Shown here piece after piece: positions 6,705 to 7,722 of a DNA stretch of 7,722 nucleotides (position 1 is its first letter; every line of letters begins with the position of its first letter). Position numbers and translations under genes: made by a program. Source of the DNA: Octopus sinensis (lineage: Eukaryota); assembly GCF_006345805.1 (NCBI RefSeq), contig NW_021828796.1, positions 1 to 7,722 on the forward strand. Direction: 5' to 3'. The notes below the pieces were generated by a model. That model was not told the DNA's origin. It worked only from the letters and a program-made list of their open reading frames with translations, and did not search any database.

Positions 6705-6854
6705 TGATGATGAAAAACGATTTTATCCAAATCCCTCTTTAGCTCCCAAAGGATTTCGTGGATAATCGGCCACTTTAGGTAGAAATTTAGTTGATTAAAC
6801 AACCGAAAGCTTTTGTCAGGAAATTCCGAACGAAATCCATTTAATAGTTATTAT

Positions 6855-6958
6855 CGGCTTGGCCTAATGGTTGGGGTGTTAGGCTCACGATCATAAGACT
6901 GAGAGCTCGCTTCCTAACCCGAACAGCACGCTGTGTCTTTGACCAAGGTACTTCATTA
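6855..6958 (+). mobile_element. Diverged family B-type SINE 5' fragment (tRNA head and start of the CORE domain)
   Basis: TGGCCTAATGGTTGGGGTGTTAGGCTCACGATCATAAG...GAGCTCGCTTCC...TGTGTCTTTGACCAAGGTACTTCATT aligns with the minus-strand heads at 4275-4376 and 1592-1690. Confidence 0.75.
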
Positions 6959-7167
6959 TAACTAAGCCTAGTGCTGGTGCGGTCCTTTCTTCTATAAGCT
7001 GTTACATCGTCAATATTCTGTTGGGTCAGGGGGTGCAAGGGCCAAGAAGGTATCTACGCCTGTTCGCGACTATATGGGCACCTAAACCAATTGAGAAAAC
7101 ATGGTACACCCAAATTCATACACGCTTCCCAGTGTCAGCTACAACAATAATGAGTATTTTTGGCTAT

Positions 7168-7548
7168 CGTGGTACTCCGTCGGTTACGACGACGTGGGTT
7201 CCAGTTGATCCGATCAACGGAACAACCCGCTCGTGAAATTAACGTGCAAGTGGCTGAGCACTCCACAGACACGTGTACCCTTAACGTAGTTCTCGGGAAG
7301 ATTCAGCGTGACACAGAGTGTGGCAAGGCTAGCTCTTTGAAATACAGGTACAACAGAAACTGAGAGAAAGAGTGAGAGAAATTGTGGTGAAAGCAGGGTT
7401 CACCACCACCACCACCCCTTGCCGGAGCCTCATGGAGCCTTAGATGTTTTCGCTCAATAAACATTTACAACGCCCTGTCTGGGAATCGAAACGGCGATCC
7501 TACGACCGCGATTCCGCTGCCCTAACCACTAGGCCGTTGCGCCTCCAC
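7168..7548 (-). mobile_element. Full-length tRNA-derived SINE, family C
   Basis: The minus-strand head is GTGGAGGCGCAACGGCCTAGTGGTTAGGGC...GTTTCGATTCCCAGAC. The body matches 4384-4680 and the tail matches 1410-1553. A probable decayed TSD flanks it: ATTTTTGGCTAT (7156-7167) and ATTTTTGACAAT (7549-7560), 10/12 identical. Confidence 0.9.
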
Positions 7549-7722
7549 ATTTTTGACAATATTACGCATTTGTAGCTATAATAAAATTCTGTAATGCTTT
7601 GTATATTCAAATAGTTACCAACCATGGCAAGTAGTTTATTTCCTTATTTCCTATGATTTTGGTTAATACTGGGTGAAATACTTTTCAGATAACACAAGTG
7701 GATAATTCGTTGAACAGCGAAT

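Noticed and set aside
7021-7363. ORFs of 71 and 67 aa
   Set aside because: No recognisable motif, non-ATG starts, and both overlap the antisense tail of a family C SINE.
1-7722. CRISPR array or prokaryotic operon
   Set aside because: No regularly spaced repeat-spacer units and no gene-dense coding; the sequence is eukaryotic repetitive DNA.

Overview
AT-rich, repeat-dense, non-coding eukaryotic DNA. It is most likely intronic or intergenic sequence from a coleoid cephalopod (Octopus-like); this is inferred from the tRNA-derived SINE architecture and the very long (TA)n/(CA)n/(CATA)n tracts. No protein-coding gene is supportable: the listed ORFs are microsatellite or SINE read-throughs, or short ORFs with no recognisable protein. 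The window holds nine SINE copies or fragments from three modular tRNA-derived families, which I label A, B and C, including one B/C chimera. It also contains a Helentron-type non-autonomous element (HINE-like) and several microsatellites. The most notable feature is a ~265-bp fold-back (3340-3606). Each arm carries an identical minimal type I hammerhead-ribozyme motif (CUGAAGA-A-stem II-GAAA-...-AUC) pointing outward, followed by AATAAA in the left arm and ACTAAA in the right. This layout matches inverted Penelope-like pseudo-LTRs. A nested SINE-at-SINE insertion with a triplicated target site (984-1710) can also be read directly from the sequence.
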